DNA of 64,000 nucleotides from Minisyncoccota bacterium (GTDB taxonomy: Bacteria; Patescibacteriota; Minisyncoccia; Phycocordibacterales; PALSA-1337), in contig JBAYJB010000001.1 in the NCBI GenBank assembly GCA_041665325.1, forward strand, positions 61,824-125,823, written 5' to 3'. Both the position numbers and the translations under genes were made by a program. The notes under the pieces were generated by a model. It was given only the letters and a program-made list of their open reading frames with translations. It was not told the origin of the DNA and searched no databases. Positions 9,277-18,747 of this stretch are shown here, piece by piece (within the stretch, counting starts at the first letter, position 1; each line of letters starts with the position of its first letter).

Positions 9277-11742
9277 ATGCCCAAGAAATCCGAGGAAAAA
9301 GCCCCTGAAAAAAAGCCGGTTCATACCGGCATTGTCGCGCGCTCGATCACGACCGAGATGCGCGAGTCCTTCCTCGACTATGCCATGTCGGTCATCACCG
9401 ACCGTGCGCTTCCAGACGTCCGTGACGGCCTCAAGCCGGTGCACCGCCGCATCCTCTACGCCATGCACCAGAATGGCCTCAACTATTCCGCCAAGTTCCG
9501 CAAGTCAGCCGTACCAGTGTCAGAGACCATGGGTAACTACCACCCTCATGGCGACGCCGCCATCTACGAGTCGCTGGTCAAGATGGCCCAGAATTTCACT
9601 ATGCGCTATCCGCTCATCCACGGCCAGGGCAACTTCGGCACGGTAGACGGTGATCCGGCTGCCGCCATGCGTTATACCGAAGCCAAGATGTCCCGTCTGG
9701 CCGCCGAGCTCCTGCGCGATATCGACAAGGACACCGTCAATCTTCGTCCCAACTACGATGGCACCAAGAAGGAGCCCGAAGTCCTGCCGACCGCCGTCCC
9801 GAATCTACTCTTGAATGGCACGCTCGGCATCGCCGTGGGTATGGCGACCAATGTCGCTCCGCATAACCTCCGCGAAGTCCTCGACGCTACTACCCATCTC
9901 ATCGACAATAAGGACGCGACCACCGAGGATATTCTCCAGTTCATCAAAGGCCCTGATTTCCCGCTCGGCGCCGTCGTCTACGGGGAGAAGGACATCCACC
10001 ATGCCTATACCACGGGTCGTGGCGGCATGACGGTACGCGGCGAAGCCGAGATCACCGAGGATAAGAAGGGTCAATATCAGATCATCATCACTTCGATCCC
10101 ATTCCGCGTCAACAAGAGCGAGCTCATCATGAAGATCGCCGACCTGGTGCGCGAGAAGGTCGTCGAGGGCGTACGTGCCCTGCGTGATGAGTCTGACAAG
10201 GACATGCGCATCGTGATCGACCTCAAGCAAGGTTCGTATCCCGAGAAGGTCCTCAACCTCCTCTACAAGCACACCCAGCTCGAGGAGACTTTCCATATGA
10301 ATACTGTGGCGCTCGTCCACGGTGTGCCGCAGACTCTGTCTTTGAAGTCGATCTTGCAAGAATTTGTGACGCACCGCATCGAGGTCATCCGCCGTCGCAC
10401 CCAGTTCGACCTCAATGCCGCAGAAGCCCGCGAGCACATCTTGCTCGGCCTCAAGAAAGCTCTCGACCATATCGACGAGATCATCAAGCTCATCCGCGCT
10501 TCCAATGACGTAGCCGATGCCAAAGCTGGCCTCATGAAGAAGTTCAAGTTCAGCGACCTCCAAGCCCAGGCCATCCTCGACATGCGCCTGCAGAAGCTGG
10601 CCGGCCTCGAGCGCAAGAAGGTCCTCGACGAGCTCAAGGAGGTCCAGGCCCTCATCGAAGACCTCAAGAGCATCCTGGGTAGCGACAAGCGCGTCCGTAC
10701 TATCATCAAGATTGAGCTTGCCGAGATCAGGGACAAGTATGGCGACGAGCGCCGCACCCGCATCGTCAAGCACTCCGTCAAGGAGTTCAACCCCGAGGAC
10801 CTCATCGCCGACGAAGAGTCCGTGCTGGTCCTCACCAAGGGCGGCTATATCAAGCGCACTGATCCGTCAGAGTACCGCAAGCAGAAGCGCGGCGGCGTCG
10901 GCGTCGTAGACCTCGACACCAAGGAAGAGGACTTCATCTCCCATATCATCTTCGCCACTACGCACAACGACCTTCTGTTCTTCACCGACAAAGGCAAGGC
11001 CTATCAGATCAAGATGTACGAGATCCCGGAGGGCAAGCGCGCCACCAAGGGCAAGTCGATCATGAATTTCCTGTCTCTTTCCGATGGCGAGCGCGTGACT
11101 TCGATCCTGCCGATGCCCAAGAACAAGAAGGAGGCCGAGGGTCTCTCTCTTATGATGGTCACCAAGGGTGGCACCGGCAAGAAGTCCGCCGCCAAGCATT
11201 TCAAGGATGTGCGCCGGAGCGGCCTCATCGCTATCACCCTCGACGCCGGTGATGAGCTCATCTCCGTGTCGTTCGTGACCAAGTCCGACGAGGTGGTCAT
11301 CGCTACCCGCGAAGGGCAGTCCATCCACTTCAAGGAGTCCGATGTCCGCGAGATGGGTAGGAATGCCGCCGGCGTGCGCGTCATGAAGCTCGAGAAGGAT
11401 AGTGTCATCTCGGCCGATGTCGTCTCCAAGGAAGCCAAGAATCCTTGCCTCTTCGTGATGGGCGCCAACGGCTATGGCAAGAAGACCGAACTTTCCGAAT
11501 ACAAAGTCCAGAACCGCGGCGGCTCCGGCATCCTCACTATGAATGTCACGCCCAAGACTGGTCCGCTCATGGCAGCCAAGGTGGTCACCGACGACGAGGA
11601 AGAGGTCGTGGCGATGTCCAAAAAGTCTCAAGTCATCCGCGTCGATCTCAAGGAGATCCCGACCTTGTCGCGCGCCACCCAGGGCGTGCGCGTCATGAAG
11701 CTCCGTGAAGGGGATTCGTTGGCGAGTCTGATCTGCTTGTAA
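9277..11742 (+). CDS. gyrA: DNA gyrase subunit A
   Basis: [29 protein letters not shown], GyrA-box QKRGGVG and C-terminal pinwheel repeats. Confidence 0.98.
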   Translation: MPKKSEEKAPEKKPVHTGIVARSITTEMRESFLDYAMSVITDRALPDVRDGLKPVHRRILYAMHQNGLNYSAKFRKSAVPVSETMGNYHPHGDAAIYESLVKMAQNFTMRYPLIHGQGNFGTVDGDPAAAMRYTEAKMSRLAAELLRDIDKDTVNLRPNYDGTKKEPEVLPTAVPNLLLNGTLGIAVGMATNVAPHNLREVLDATTHLIDNKDATTEDILQFIKGPDFPLGAVVYGEKDIHHAYTTGRGGMTVRGEAEITEDKKGQYQIIITSIPFRVNKSELIMKIADLVREKVVEGVRALRDESDKDMRIVIDLKQGSYPEKVLNLLYKHTQLEETFHMNTVALVHGVPQTLSLKSILQEFVTHRIEVIRRRTQFDLNAAEAREHILLGLKKALDHIDEIIKLIRASNDVADAKAGLMKKFKFSDLQAQAILDMRLQKLAGLERKKVLDELKEVQALIEDLKSILGSDKRVRTIIKIELAEIRDKYGDERRTRIVKHSVKEFNPEDLIADEESVLVLTKGGYIKRTDPSEYRKQKRGGVGVVDLDTKEEDFISHIIFATTHNDLLFFTDKGKAYQIKMYEIPEGKRATKGKSIMNFLSLSDGERVTSILPMPKNKKEAEGLSLMMVTKGGTGKKSAAKHFKDVRRSGLIAITLDAGDELISVSFVTKSDEVVIATREGQSIHFKESDVREMGRNAAGVRVMKLEKDSVISADVVSKEAKNPCLFVMGANGYGKKTELSEYKVQNRGGSGILTMNVTPKTGPLMAAKVVTDDEEEVVAMSKKSQVIRVDLKEIPTLSRATQGVRVMKLREGDSLASLICL

Positions 11743-11806
11743 TTTTCCTCATAAAATTGTCCCCATGTTGGGCTCAACAGCCATATATTCATGGTAAAAT
11801 CTACCT

Positions 11807-12325
11807 ATGTTCTCCGAACCAGCCGTAAATCTGCTCAAATTGGGCTTGACTGACGGCTCAAAAGTCGTCGATCTTGGGGCTGGCAGTGGCTTCTATGCCC
11901 TCGAGGCGGCTAGGAGAGTCGGCTCCAGTGGCCGTGTCTATGCCGTGGATGTTCAGAAAGATCTCCTAGAGCGCCTGCGTTCTGCCGGCGCGGTCGAAGG
12001 ACTCCATAACATCGAGGTCGTTTGGGGCAATGCCGAGAAGATCGGCGGCACCAAGCTCCGCGAAGGTATCGCCGACCGCGTGATCGTCTCCAACATCCTC
12101 TTCCAGGTAGCCAACCTCGAAGATTTTGTCCTTGAAGTCAAACGCATCACCAAGCCCGGCGGCAAGATCCTAGTCGTCGACTGGAGCGGTATCACTCCTC
12201 TCTCGCCCAAGGCCATCGTGCCGCTAGAGAAGGCTCAGACTCTGTTCGAGAAGAACGGCTTCTCCCTGGAACAGTCCTGGAATGCCGGCGACCACCATTA
12301 CGGGTTGACTTTCAAGAAGAGCTGA
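11807..12325 (+). CDS. Class I SAM-dependent methyltransferase
   Basis: VVDLGAGSG, VYAVD, KPGGKILVVDW. Confidence 0.9.
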   Translation: MFSEPAVNLLKLGLTDGSKVVDLGAGSGFYALEAARRVGSSGRVYAVDVQKDLLERLRSAGAVEGLHNIEVVWGNAEKIGGTKLREGIADRVIVSNILFQVANLEDFVLEVKRITKPGGKILVVDWSGITPLSPKAIVPLEKAQTLFEKNGFSLEQSWNAGDHHYGLTFKKS

Positions 12326-12338
12326 AAAAATAACTGAC

Positions 12339-13640
12339 ATGAAGATTTCCAAATTTCAATTGATCACCTTAGCCATCTTCGTCATCTGCATCATCGCGGG
12401 GGTGATCGCCTTCGCCACATTCAAAAACAGCAGTTCCAAGGATACGATCCCGCCGATCACCGTCTGGGGGACTTTCCCCAAGGCCACTTTCGAGCAGTAT
12501 GTCTCCAGGGTTAACAGCACTCTAGCCCTGCCGATCACCGCCGCTTATACCCAGAAGTCGACCGATGCCTTCCTGTCTGATTTCGTCTCGGCTCTGGCGC
12601 GCGGCTCCGGCCCGGACGCCGTGCTCATCCCGGCCGACATGATCCTACCGGCGCAGGATAAGCTCGCGCCTATCCCGTACTCCGTCATCCCACAGAGGAC
12701 CTTCCTCAATTCCTACATCGACGAGAGCGGCGTGTACCTCTCGGCCGACGGCGTCCTCGCCGTTCCGTTCATCACCGATCCCTTGGTCATGTTCTGGAAC
12801 AGAGACCTCTACAATGCCGCCGGCATCGCTCTGCCACCCAAGTCCTGGGACGAATTTACCGGCCTCAATCAGAAGCTGACGGTCAAGGACCAGAATGGTA
12901 CGATCACCCGGAGTGCTGTAGCCATGGGAGACTTCAGCAATATCACCAATGCCCGGGAGATCCTGGCCACGCTTTTCCTGCAGAGCGGCAACCCGATCAC
13001 AGCCATCGCTTCTGATGGTGCTCTGTCCAGCACCATCAACAATTCCGCCAAGGCCGACCCGACGGCGGCCATCCAGTTCTTCACGCGCTTCGTCGACCCG
13101 ACTGATACCAACTATTCCTGGAACCGCTCATGGCCCAATGCCAAGACGGCCTTCGTCTCCGGAAAGCTGGCGACATACTTCGGATTGGCCTCGGAACTGT
13201 CCGATATCCGCGCCAAGAATCCCAATCTGAATTTCGATGTGGCCGCGGTCCCGCAAGCCAAGCAGGGCAGCGTCAAGACGGTCTATGCTCGGCTCTACGG
13301 CCTATCCATCGTCAAAGCATCGAACAATATCAATGCCGCGTACGCTGTCATCTCCATCCTGACGGACCCGACCAACCTAGTCGAGGTATCCAAGCTGGCA
13401 TACCTGCCTTCCGTCTCCCGCCCAGTCATCGCCGCTGGTTTCGAGGACCCGTATATCACGCTCTTCAACCAGGCGGCTCTGATCAGCCGGACTTGGCTCG
13501 ATGCTGGACCGACGCAATCCAGTCAACTCTTTGCAGAGATGATCCAGAGCGTGACTAGCGGCAAGAAGGCTCCTTATCAAGCCATCCGAGACGCCGGCAG
13601 CCAGTATGATGTGCTCCTGCGCCAAGCGGTAGGGCAATAA
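12339..13640 (+). CDS. Extracellular solute-binding protein (family 1-like), membrane anchored
   Basis: N-terminal TM, ITVWG, G.GPD, P...D.L.MFWNRDL....G...PPK.WDE, F..GK.A. Confidence 0.85.
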   Translation: MKISKFQLITLAIFVICIIAGVIAFATFKNSSSKDTIPPITVWGTFPKATFEQYVSRVNSTLALPITAAYTQKSTDAFLSDFVSALARGSGPDAVLIPADMILPAQDKLAPIPYSVIPQRTFLNSYIDESGVYLSADGVLAVPFITDPLVMFWNRDLYNAAGIALPPKSWDEFTGLNQKLTVKDQNGTITRSAVAMGDFSNITNAREILATLFLQSGNPITAIASDGALSSTINNSAKADPTAAIQFFTRFVDPTDTNYSWNRSWPNAKTAFVSGKLATYFGLASELSDIRAKNPNLNFDVAAVPQAKQGSVKTVYARLYGLSIVKASNNINAAYAVISILTDPTNLVEVSKLAYLPSVSRPVIAAGFEDPYITLFNQAALISRTWLDAGPTQSSQLFAEMIQSVTSGKKAPYQAIRDAGSQYDVLLRQAVGQ

Positions 13641-13646
13641 TATAAT

Positions 13647-14087
13647 ATGAAGACTAAACTCATCATTCTCGCTCTCCTCGTCACGAACTTCATGCCAATG
13701 ATCGCGCCTTTGGTATCGGCCCAGAGCCAGGTGCCGGAGGTGAATATCAATGATGAGGGATTCAAACTGGTCATATGCGATGGCCCGGGAGGCCCGCTCG
13801 CCAAGAGCGACCCGAATTACAAGGTTTGTGACTTCCAGGCTCTGATGGATCAGGTCCAATATCTCATCAATGTCATGATCGTCCTCGGGGTGATCGGCGC
13901 GCTAGTGGGTTTTGCTTACTCCGGTTATCTCCATATCACGGGCGTTCCCGGCAACATCACCAAGGCCTGGGGGATATTCAAGAAAGTCGCCATCGGCTTC
14001 GTCATCATGCTCACGGCATGGTTCGTCGTTTATCAGATCCTAGAGTGGCTCACTGGCAATGCGGCCAACTATCTCGGCAATGGTTAA
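13647..14087 (+). CDS. VirB2/TrbC-like pilin (with Cys pair)
   Basis: Signal peptide ending VSAQ, C-x15-C loop, two TM helices separated by a short charged loop. Confidence 0.65.
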   Translation: MKTKLIILALLVTNFMPMIAPLVSAQSQVPEVNINDEGFKLVICDGPGGPLAKSDPNYKVCDFQALMDQVQYLINVMIVLGVIGALVGFAYSGYLHITGVPGNITKAWGIFKKVAIGFVIMLTAWFVVYQILEWLTGNAANYLGNG

Positions 14088-14094
14088 AAATATC

Positions 14095-14571
14095 ATGAAG
14101 AACACCAACATCATCAAATATCTTGCAGGCGCGTTTTTACTCATCGTCCTACTTCTTGGTTCGAATAGTTTCGTCTTTGCCCAGGGCACAACCGTGACTC
14201 CCGTGTCTAATACAGGGAGTCAGACAGTGACACCAGGATCATCCGGCAGTTTCTCACTCCAGAATCCCTTGAGCAACAAATACAAGACTGTCGGGGGACT
14301 GGTTGGCGGCTTCATGGAATATTTCTCATATCTGGTCATCCTGTTCGCTGTCCTGGCGCTCATATATGTCGGCCTACAGTTCGTCCTGGCGCAAGGGAAA
14401 CCGGACAAGATGAAGGAGCTCAAGGGTTGGCTCGGCTGGATCATCGTCGGCGTGGCCATCGTGATAGGGGCGCGCATCCTGGTCAATGTGGTCATCAACA
14501 CCCTGCAGGCGACGGGCGCGGTGAACCCAAATGTTATTAACAGCGCGAACAATGCCCTGAAGAACCAGTAG
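14095..14571 (+). CDS. VirB2/TrbC-like pilin
   Basis: Signal peptide ending VFAQ, LQNPL motif, G.QFVLAQG.P.K, two TM helices. Confidence 0.72.
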   Translation: MKNTNIIKYLAGAFLLIVLLLGSNSFVFAQGTTVTPVSNTGSQTVTPGSSGSFSLQNPLSNKYKTVGGLVGGFMEYFSYLVILFAVLALIYVGLQFVLAQGKPDKMKELKGWLGWIIVGVAIVIGARILVNVVINTLQATGAVNPNVINSANNALKNQ

Positions 14572-14607
14572 TGCTAGTATTTAATCGTATTAATATATAT
14601 AAACATT

Positions 14608-15027
14608 ATGTTCAACAAGACTAAAACAGCATTATTGTCGATTTGTACCTTCTCACTTCCTGCTCTGGTTTCGGCTCAGGTAACGCTTGATCATGTGAGT
14701 GAAACTGGCGTGACAGTCCGCGGGGCTGTTGGCGGGACTACACTTAGCAGCATAATCGATATTATCATCTCGTATCTCGGCCAGATCCTCTTCCTCCTCA
14801 TGGCCTTGGCCGTGGTCATGTTCGTCTGGTATGTCATCAAATACTTCATCAGGGCTGATACAGACAAGAAGGAGGCCGGATCATATGTCATGTACAGCCT
14901 CATCGGCTTCTTCGTCATCCTCTCGCTCTGGGGCATCATCAATATCCTTGGCAACAGCTTCAACATCGGCAACGCGGATAACACTTCCGCGTCCTGGGCC
15001 AACTTCAAGAACCTAATGCCGAAATAA
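14608..15027 (+). CDS. VirB2/TrbC-like pilin
   Basis: Signal peptide ending VSAQ, two TM helices, GFFVILSLWGIINIL. Confidence 0.72.
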   Translation: MFNKTKTALLSICTFSLPALVSAQVTLDHVSETGVTVRGAVGGTTLSSIIDIIISYLGQILFLLMALAVVMFVWYVIKYFIRADTDKKEAGSYVMYSLIGFFVILSLWGIINILGNSFNIGNADNTSASWANFKNLMPK

Positions 15028-15032
15028 CTGAT

Positions 15033-15395
15033 ATGAAGAAGATCACCACAGCGCTATTCATCATGTCCCCTTGGATGGTTTTTGCCCAAGACCGAGTCAC
15101 GGATGCCAATTCTCTGTTCGACAAGCTCACTGATCTGGGCAACATGGCGATCTGGCTGCTCATCGGCCTAGCCGTCGTCTTTATCGTCTGGAATTCCGTC
15201 TTGTTCATCTTTCACGCTGCGGATGATACCAACCGCGCCAAATATCGCAGTGCCATCCTCTGGGGGATAGTTGGTTTGTTCATCATCATGTCCATCTGGG
15301 GTTTGGTGGCTATCTTGAGCAATACTTTTGGTACATACAACGAGGATCATGCCGGCGGATTCTCCAAAGATGTGGATAGTCTCATCCTGAAATAG
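15033..15395 (+). CDS. VirB2/TrbC-like pilin
   Basis: Signal peptide ending VFAQ, SAILWGIVGLFIIMSIWGLV; close paralog of 15511..15870. Confidence 0.75.
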   Translation: MKKITTALFIMSPWMVFAQDRVTDANSLFDKLTDLGNMAIWLLIGLAVVFIVWNSVLFIFHAADDTNRAKYRSAILWGIVGLFIIMSIWGLVAILSNTFGTYNEDHAGGFSKDVDSLILK

Positions 15396-15510
15396 CGCTC
15401 GGATCCGTAATCCACAGCCGCCTTCTGTTCGGCCCAGAAATCTGGTATAATCAGGCCAAGCTAAATTGTCGCATTAATTAGCAGTAGCTTAATAAATATC
15501 AATAATTAGT

Positions 15511-15870
15511 ATGAAAAAGCTCATCGCTACCCTCGCCGTTCTCGCTCCTTCGGTCGCCTTCGCCCAGCGCGCGGTCACCGACGTCAACTCTCTTAGCCAG
15601 AAATTGACAGGCATCGGCAATACGGTCATCGGCATCCTCATCGCCGTCGCCGTCATCTTCCTCATCGTCAATGTCGTCTTGTTCATCGTCAATGCTGGCG
15701 GTGATGATCGCAAGAAGTATCAGAGCGCCATCCTCTGGGGCATCGTCGGCCTGTTCGTCATCCTCTCGATCTGGGGCCTCGTCAACATCTTGAGCAACAC
15801 ATTCAACACTCAGAATCAGGCGCCGATCCAGGATTTCCCAACTAACCCATATCCGGTTCCGGTTCAATAG
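15511..15870 (+). CDS. VirB2/TrbC-like pilin
   Basis: Signal peptide ending AFAQ, SAILWGIVGLFVILSIWGLVNIL. Confidence 0.75.
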   Translation: MKKLIATLAVLAPSVAFAQRAVTDVNSLSQKLTGIGNTVIGILIAVAVIFLIVNVVLFIVNAGGDDRKKYQSAILWGIVGLFVILSIWGLVNILSNTFNTQNQAPIQDFPTNPYPVPVQ

Positions 15871-15894
15871 CATCTTCGTGGGGCGCGCCAATCC

Positions 15895-16188
15895 ATGTTT
15901 TCTCACTTCATAACTATAGCCCAAGCCGCGACTGATGACGCGGCTTTTGGCAAGGCGCTCGATCCGATCATCGCCAATATCGTCAATCCTCTGGTGATGC
16001 TGGCTTTCGCTGTAGCGGTCGTGGCCTTCGTCTACGGAGTGATCCAGATGATCATCCATGCGACCGACGCCCAACAGCACAAGAATGGGCGCTTGAGCAT
16101 GATCGGCGGCCTGATCGGCATGTTCATCATGTTCTCGGCCTGGGGCATCATCAATATCATCTCCAATACGGTCAAGGGGTTCCAGTAG
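15895..16188 (+). CDS. VirB2/TrbC-like pilin
   Basis: IAQAA start, IVNPL, two TM helices, GMFIMFSAWGIIN. Confidence 0.72.
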   Translation: MFSHFITIAQAATDDAAFGKALDPIIANIVNPLVMLAFAVAVVAFVYGVIQMIIHATDAQQHKNGRLSMIGGLIGMFIMFSAWGIINIISNTVKGFQ

Positions 16189-16222
16189 GCCTGTAGATAT
16201 TTACTGGGCAAAATTTTGGAGC

Positions 16223-16260
16223 AAAAAAACGGGCCGCTGGAGTAAACTCCTGCGGCCCGT
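16223..16260 (-). terminator. Intrinsic terminator between convergent genes
   Basis: ACGGGCCGC...GCGGCCCGT stem with A-run on the left (T-run on minus strand). Confidence 0.7.
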
Positions 16261-16278
16261 GTGGTTTGTCCCCTTGCC

Positions 16279-16707
16279 CTAGGCTTTGGGGACGATCTTC
16301 CAGGCAACCTTGCCTGTCTTGATGGCTTGACCGGGCATTACGCGCCATTCCGTGACATTGGCAGGCGGTGTGACCAGTTTATTAGTCGTACCCTCCTTCC
16401 AGTTTCGCGGATAGAGCGTGTATACCTTGGCCGGATCCTTATCCAGCCGGATCTGCCACCAGACATCATCGGTCAACAGATTTCCGACAACGCTCTTGGT
16501 GTTGTCGAGACAGATCACTTCCTTCCACTGGGTATCGTCGATATCGACGACGCCGGAGGTGGGGGAGGTGGCGACAGCGGCTTTCCGCTGGGAGCTGTTC
16601 TCTAGGAGATCGGGGTTGCGGATGGCCACCCCGACGCCGTAGACGATGAGGCCTAACAGCATCACGATGGCTAGAACCTTCATGGGATTGTTGGTGGTAG
16701 TTTTCAT
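16279..16707 (-). CDS. Hypothetical membrane-anchored protein
   Basis: 142 aa ORF, N-terminal TM, overlaps upstream gene stop by 4 nt. Confidence 0.7.
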   Translation of the reverse strand: MKTTTNNPMKVLAIVMLLGLIVYGVGVAIRNPDLLENSSQRKAAVATSPTSGVVDIDDTQWKEVICLDNTKSVVGNLLTDDVWWQIRLDKDPAKVYTLYPRNWKEGTTNKLVTPPANVTEWRVMPGQAIKTGKVAWKIVPKA

Positions 16708-17756
16708 CTTCCACCTCCCGCGATAGCGCCGGCTCGCTCCGTCCGTGGCTCATGATCGGTGTTTCCGACACTGCCGACGTTGACGATGCGCCCGCCTTGG
16801 GTGATTGTGACCTTCTTGTCCTTGGCCAGTCGCTCGAACATGATCTCGTCGCGGCAAGCTTTGGCACTGACATCGGGAAGGCCCGCATCTGTGTAGAGCT
16901 TGATCCGGGCGACCGTCTGCTTGTTGATGGTCTCGGTCTCCTTGAGCTCCGAAACCTGCTGCAGCTCCTCGATGACCCGATCCTCGTCGGCGGTGATGAC
17001 CGCCGTATTGATCGGGGTGAGCTCCACCTGGATCTTCTTGATCTTGCCACCCAGTCCGCGCGTGTCGTCAAGCTCGTCGGTATCACCAATCTGCCTATGC
17101 GCCTTGATTCGGGTGAGAAGCTTGACGGCGATGGCTGTCGGATGAGTCTCGGCCCATTTGTATGTCCGAGCGTTCTTCTCATCTTCGGTCAACCCCTCCT
17201 CCTCACCCACTACAATCTCCTGAACACCGACGGCGATGATATCGTTGACCTGGGCCCAATAGCCATCGAAGCCACCGATATCGAACCATTCCCAGAGCTT
17301 GTGAGCCCCGGATCTACGGTCCTTTTCTGGGACGCAGCTCCTATCATCGTCTTCATCCGGCATCACACTGACTGACACCATCCCCTTCATCCTGACGTTG
17401 TCGTGACAGCGCACGCTCGTGATGGGGAACGACTTGTCCAATTTCTTGATGTCGAAGGCAGTGATGCCGATGATGTCGAAACCGAACGGGTTGAGGCCGA
17501 GGGTCAGACCCTCGACCTTGCAATAGGTGCGTTGCCCCAACACTGTCAGGACACCGACCTGTCTCGGCTTGTCTCCGTCGCCCGGCGACAGGATCCTGAA
17601 TCCGGAGGCGATCAAGCCGCCGGGGATAAGGATCAACAGACCAGACCAGAACCAGCCGGAGAAGAGCAGATCCCCACCGATCCCGAATGACAAAAGCATC
17701 AGGAGCAGTAGAGCACTGCAGTATCTGTTCATCAATCCAGTGAATGGATTTTTCAT
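16704..17756 (-). CDS. Membrane protein, possibly divergent SPFH/band-7 family
   Basis: Two N-terminal TMs, then GVLTVLG..., EGL...P, D.V.....VSV and a charged helical C-terminus, as in SPFH layout. Confidence 0.55.
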   Translation of the reverse strand: MKNPFTGLMNRYCSALLLLMLLSFGIGGDLLFSGWFWSGLLILIPGGLIASGFRILSPGDGDKPRQVGVLTVLGQRTYCKVEGLTLGLNPFGFDIIGITAFDIKKLDKSFPITSVRCHDNVRMKGMVSVSVMPDEDDDRSCVPEKDRRSGAHKLWEWFDIGGFDGYWAQVNDIIAVGVQEIVVGEEEGLTEDEKNARTYKWAETHPTAIAVKLLTRIKAHRQIGDTDELDDTRGLGGKIKKIQVELTPINTAVITADEDRVIEELQQVSELKETETINKQTVARIKLYTDAGLPDVSAKACRDEIMFERLAKDKKVTITQGGRIVNVGSVGNTDHEPRTERAGAIAGGGR

Positions 17757-17894
17757 AACCTACCTTTTTCCGGATTGCTCCGGAGTTGCGGACCGCCCTC
17801 GAAGAGGGAAGCCCATTGTTTGTTGTTTTGACTTAAATTATGTCAATGAGCACTCGTTGAGCACACACTGATTTCCACTACTTTGCTGCCTAGA

Positions 17895-17923
17895 ATGATA
17901 TCATTTTATGGGCGGTTTGTCAA
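17895..17923 (-). promoter_or_regulatory. Sigma70-type promoter for the 17756 operon
   Basis: TTGACA-17-TATCAT with TG extension. Confidence 0.6.
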
Positions 17924-18001
17924 TAGAGCAGGGCTAGGTTTAGGGCTTAGGTATGGCGCTATAATGACGAAAAAAAAGGCGTGCCGTGAGGCACGCCTTG
18001 T

Positions 18002-18610
18002 TCAATGTTTGTGTGAGTGCCTTCTCAAGCCCAGCTCGTGGGCTAAGAAGTTGTGACCCGCACATTCCCGATCGACTTCCTCGGTGAGAGAAAAGACGAT
18101 TTGCAGTGCCCGTTTCGGGCCGCTCGGGGGTTGATGTTGAATGTGCTGTGAATGTGCCAACAGAGCTGGATTGAGCGATTGGCCGACGGGAGAGTCGGGA
18201 CCTTTCGCCAAACTCCGCCCGAGAACGAGTGATACTTGGACCTCGTGCTTTTCAAGTGATCCCTTCTGGTGACGGGGCGGATCAGATTGACGATTGTTCG
18301 TCATCCGATGCCTATTGTGCCTTTTGGATAGTATCCGCGAAACACGGAAATAGACGGCCTCGCCTCGGGAAGCGATCTCCCGGGTGATGATCTCACCCAT
18401 AGCTTGGACGAAGAACCCGTGTTCATGCGGCCTGGTTGCGACGAGTGTCGAGTTCCTAACGAGTTCATCATCATCATGGGGATGTTGCTGACGATACCTC
18501 TTCAGGAACTCGATCTTGAACGCTATTCGCTTCACCCTGATTCGCTCGCTGACCCGATCAGCGAGGTCTTCTAGCCACTCAAGTTCATTGAACTGTCTTT
18601 GAGCATTCAT
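18002..18610 (-). CDS. Hypothetical protein
   Basis: ORF from ATG 18610, with TTGACA upstream and a terminator at 17969..18000 downstream; no motif recognised. Confidence 0.55.
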   Translation of the reverse strand: MNAQRQFNELEWLEDLADRVSERIRVKRIAFKIEFLKRYRQQHPHDDDELVRNSTLVATRPHEHGFFVQAMGEIITREIASRGEAVYFRVSRILSKRHNRHRMTNNRQSDPPRHQKGSLEKHEVQVSLVLGRSLAKGPDSPVGQSLNPALLAHSQHIQHQPPSGPKRALQIVFSLTEEVDRECAGHNFLAHELGLRRHSHKH

Positions 18611-18747
18611 GAGTTGTAAAGTTTTAGCTAATACTATTATACCAGAAAATAGAGCATTGTCAAGTAAGCAGTGCATAATAAAAAAGCCTCGTGTGGCAGA
18701 CCCTGGGTAGGATCTGCACACACGAGGCTGGTTTGGATGCGTGTCCG

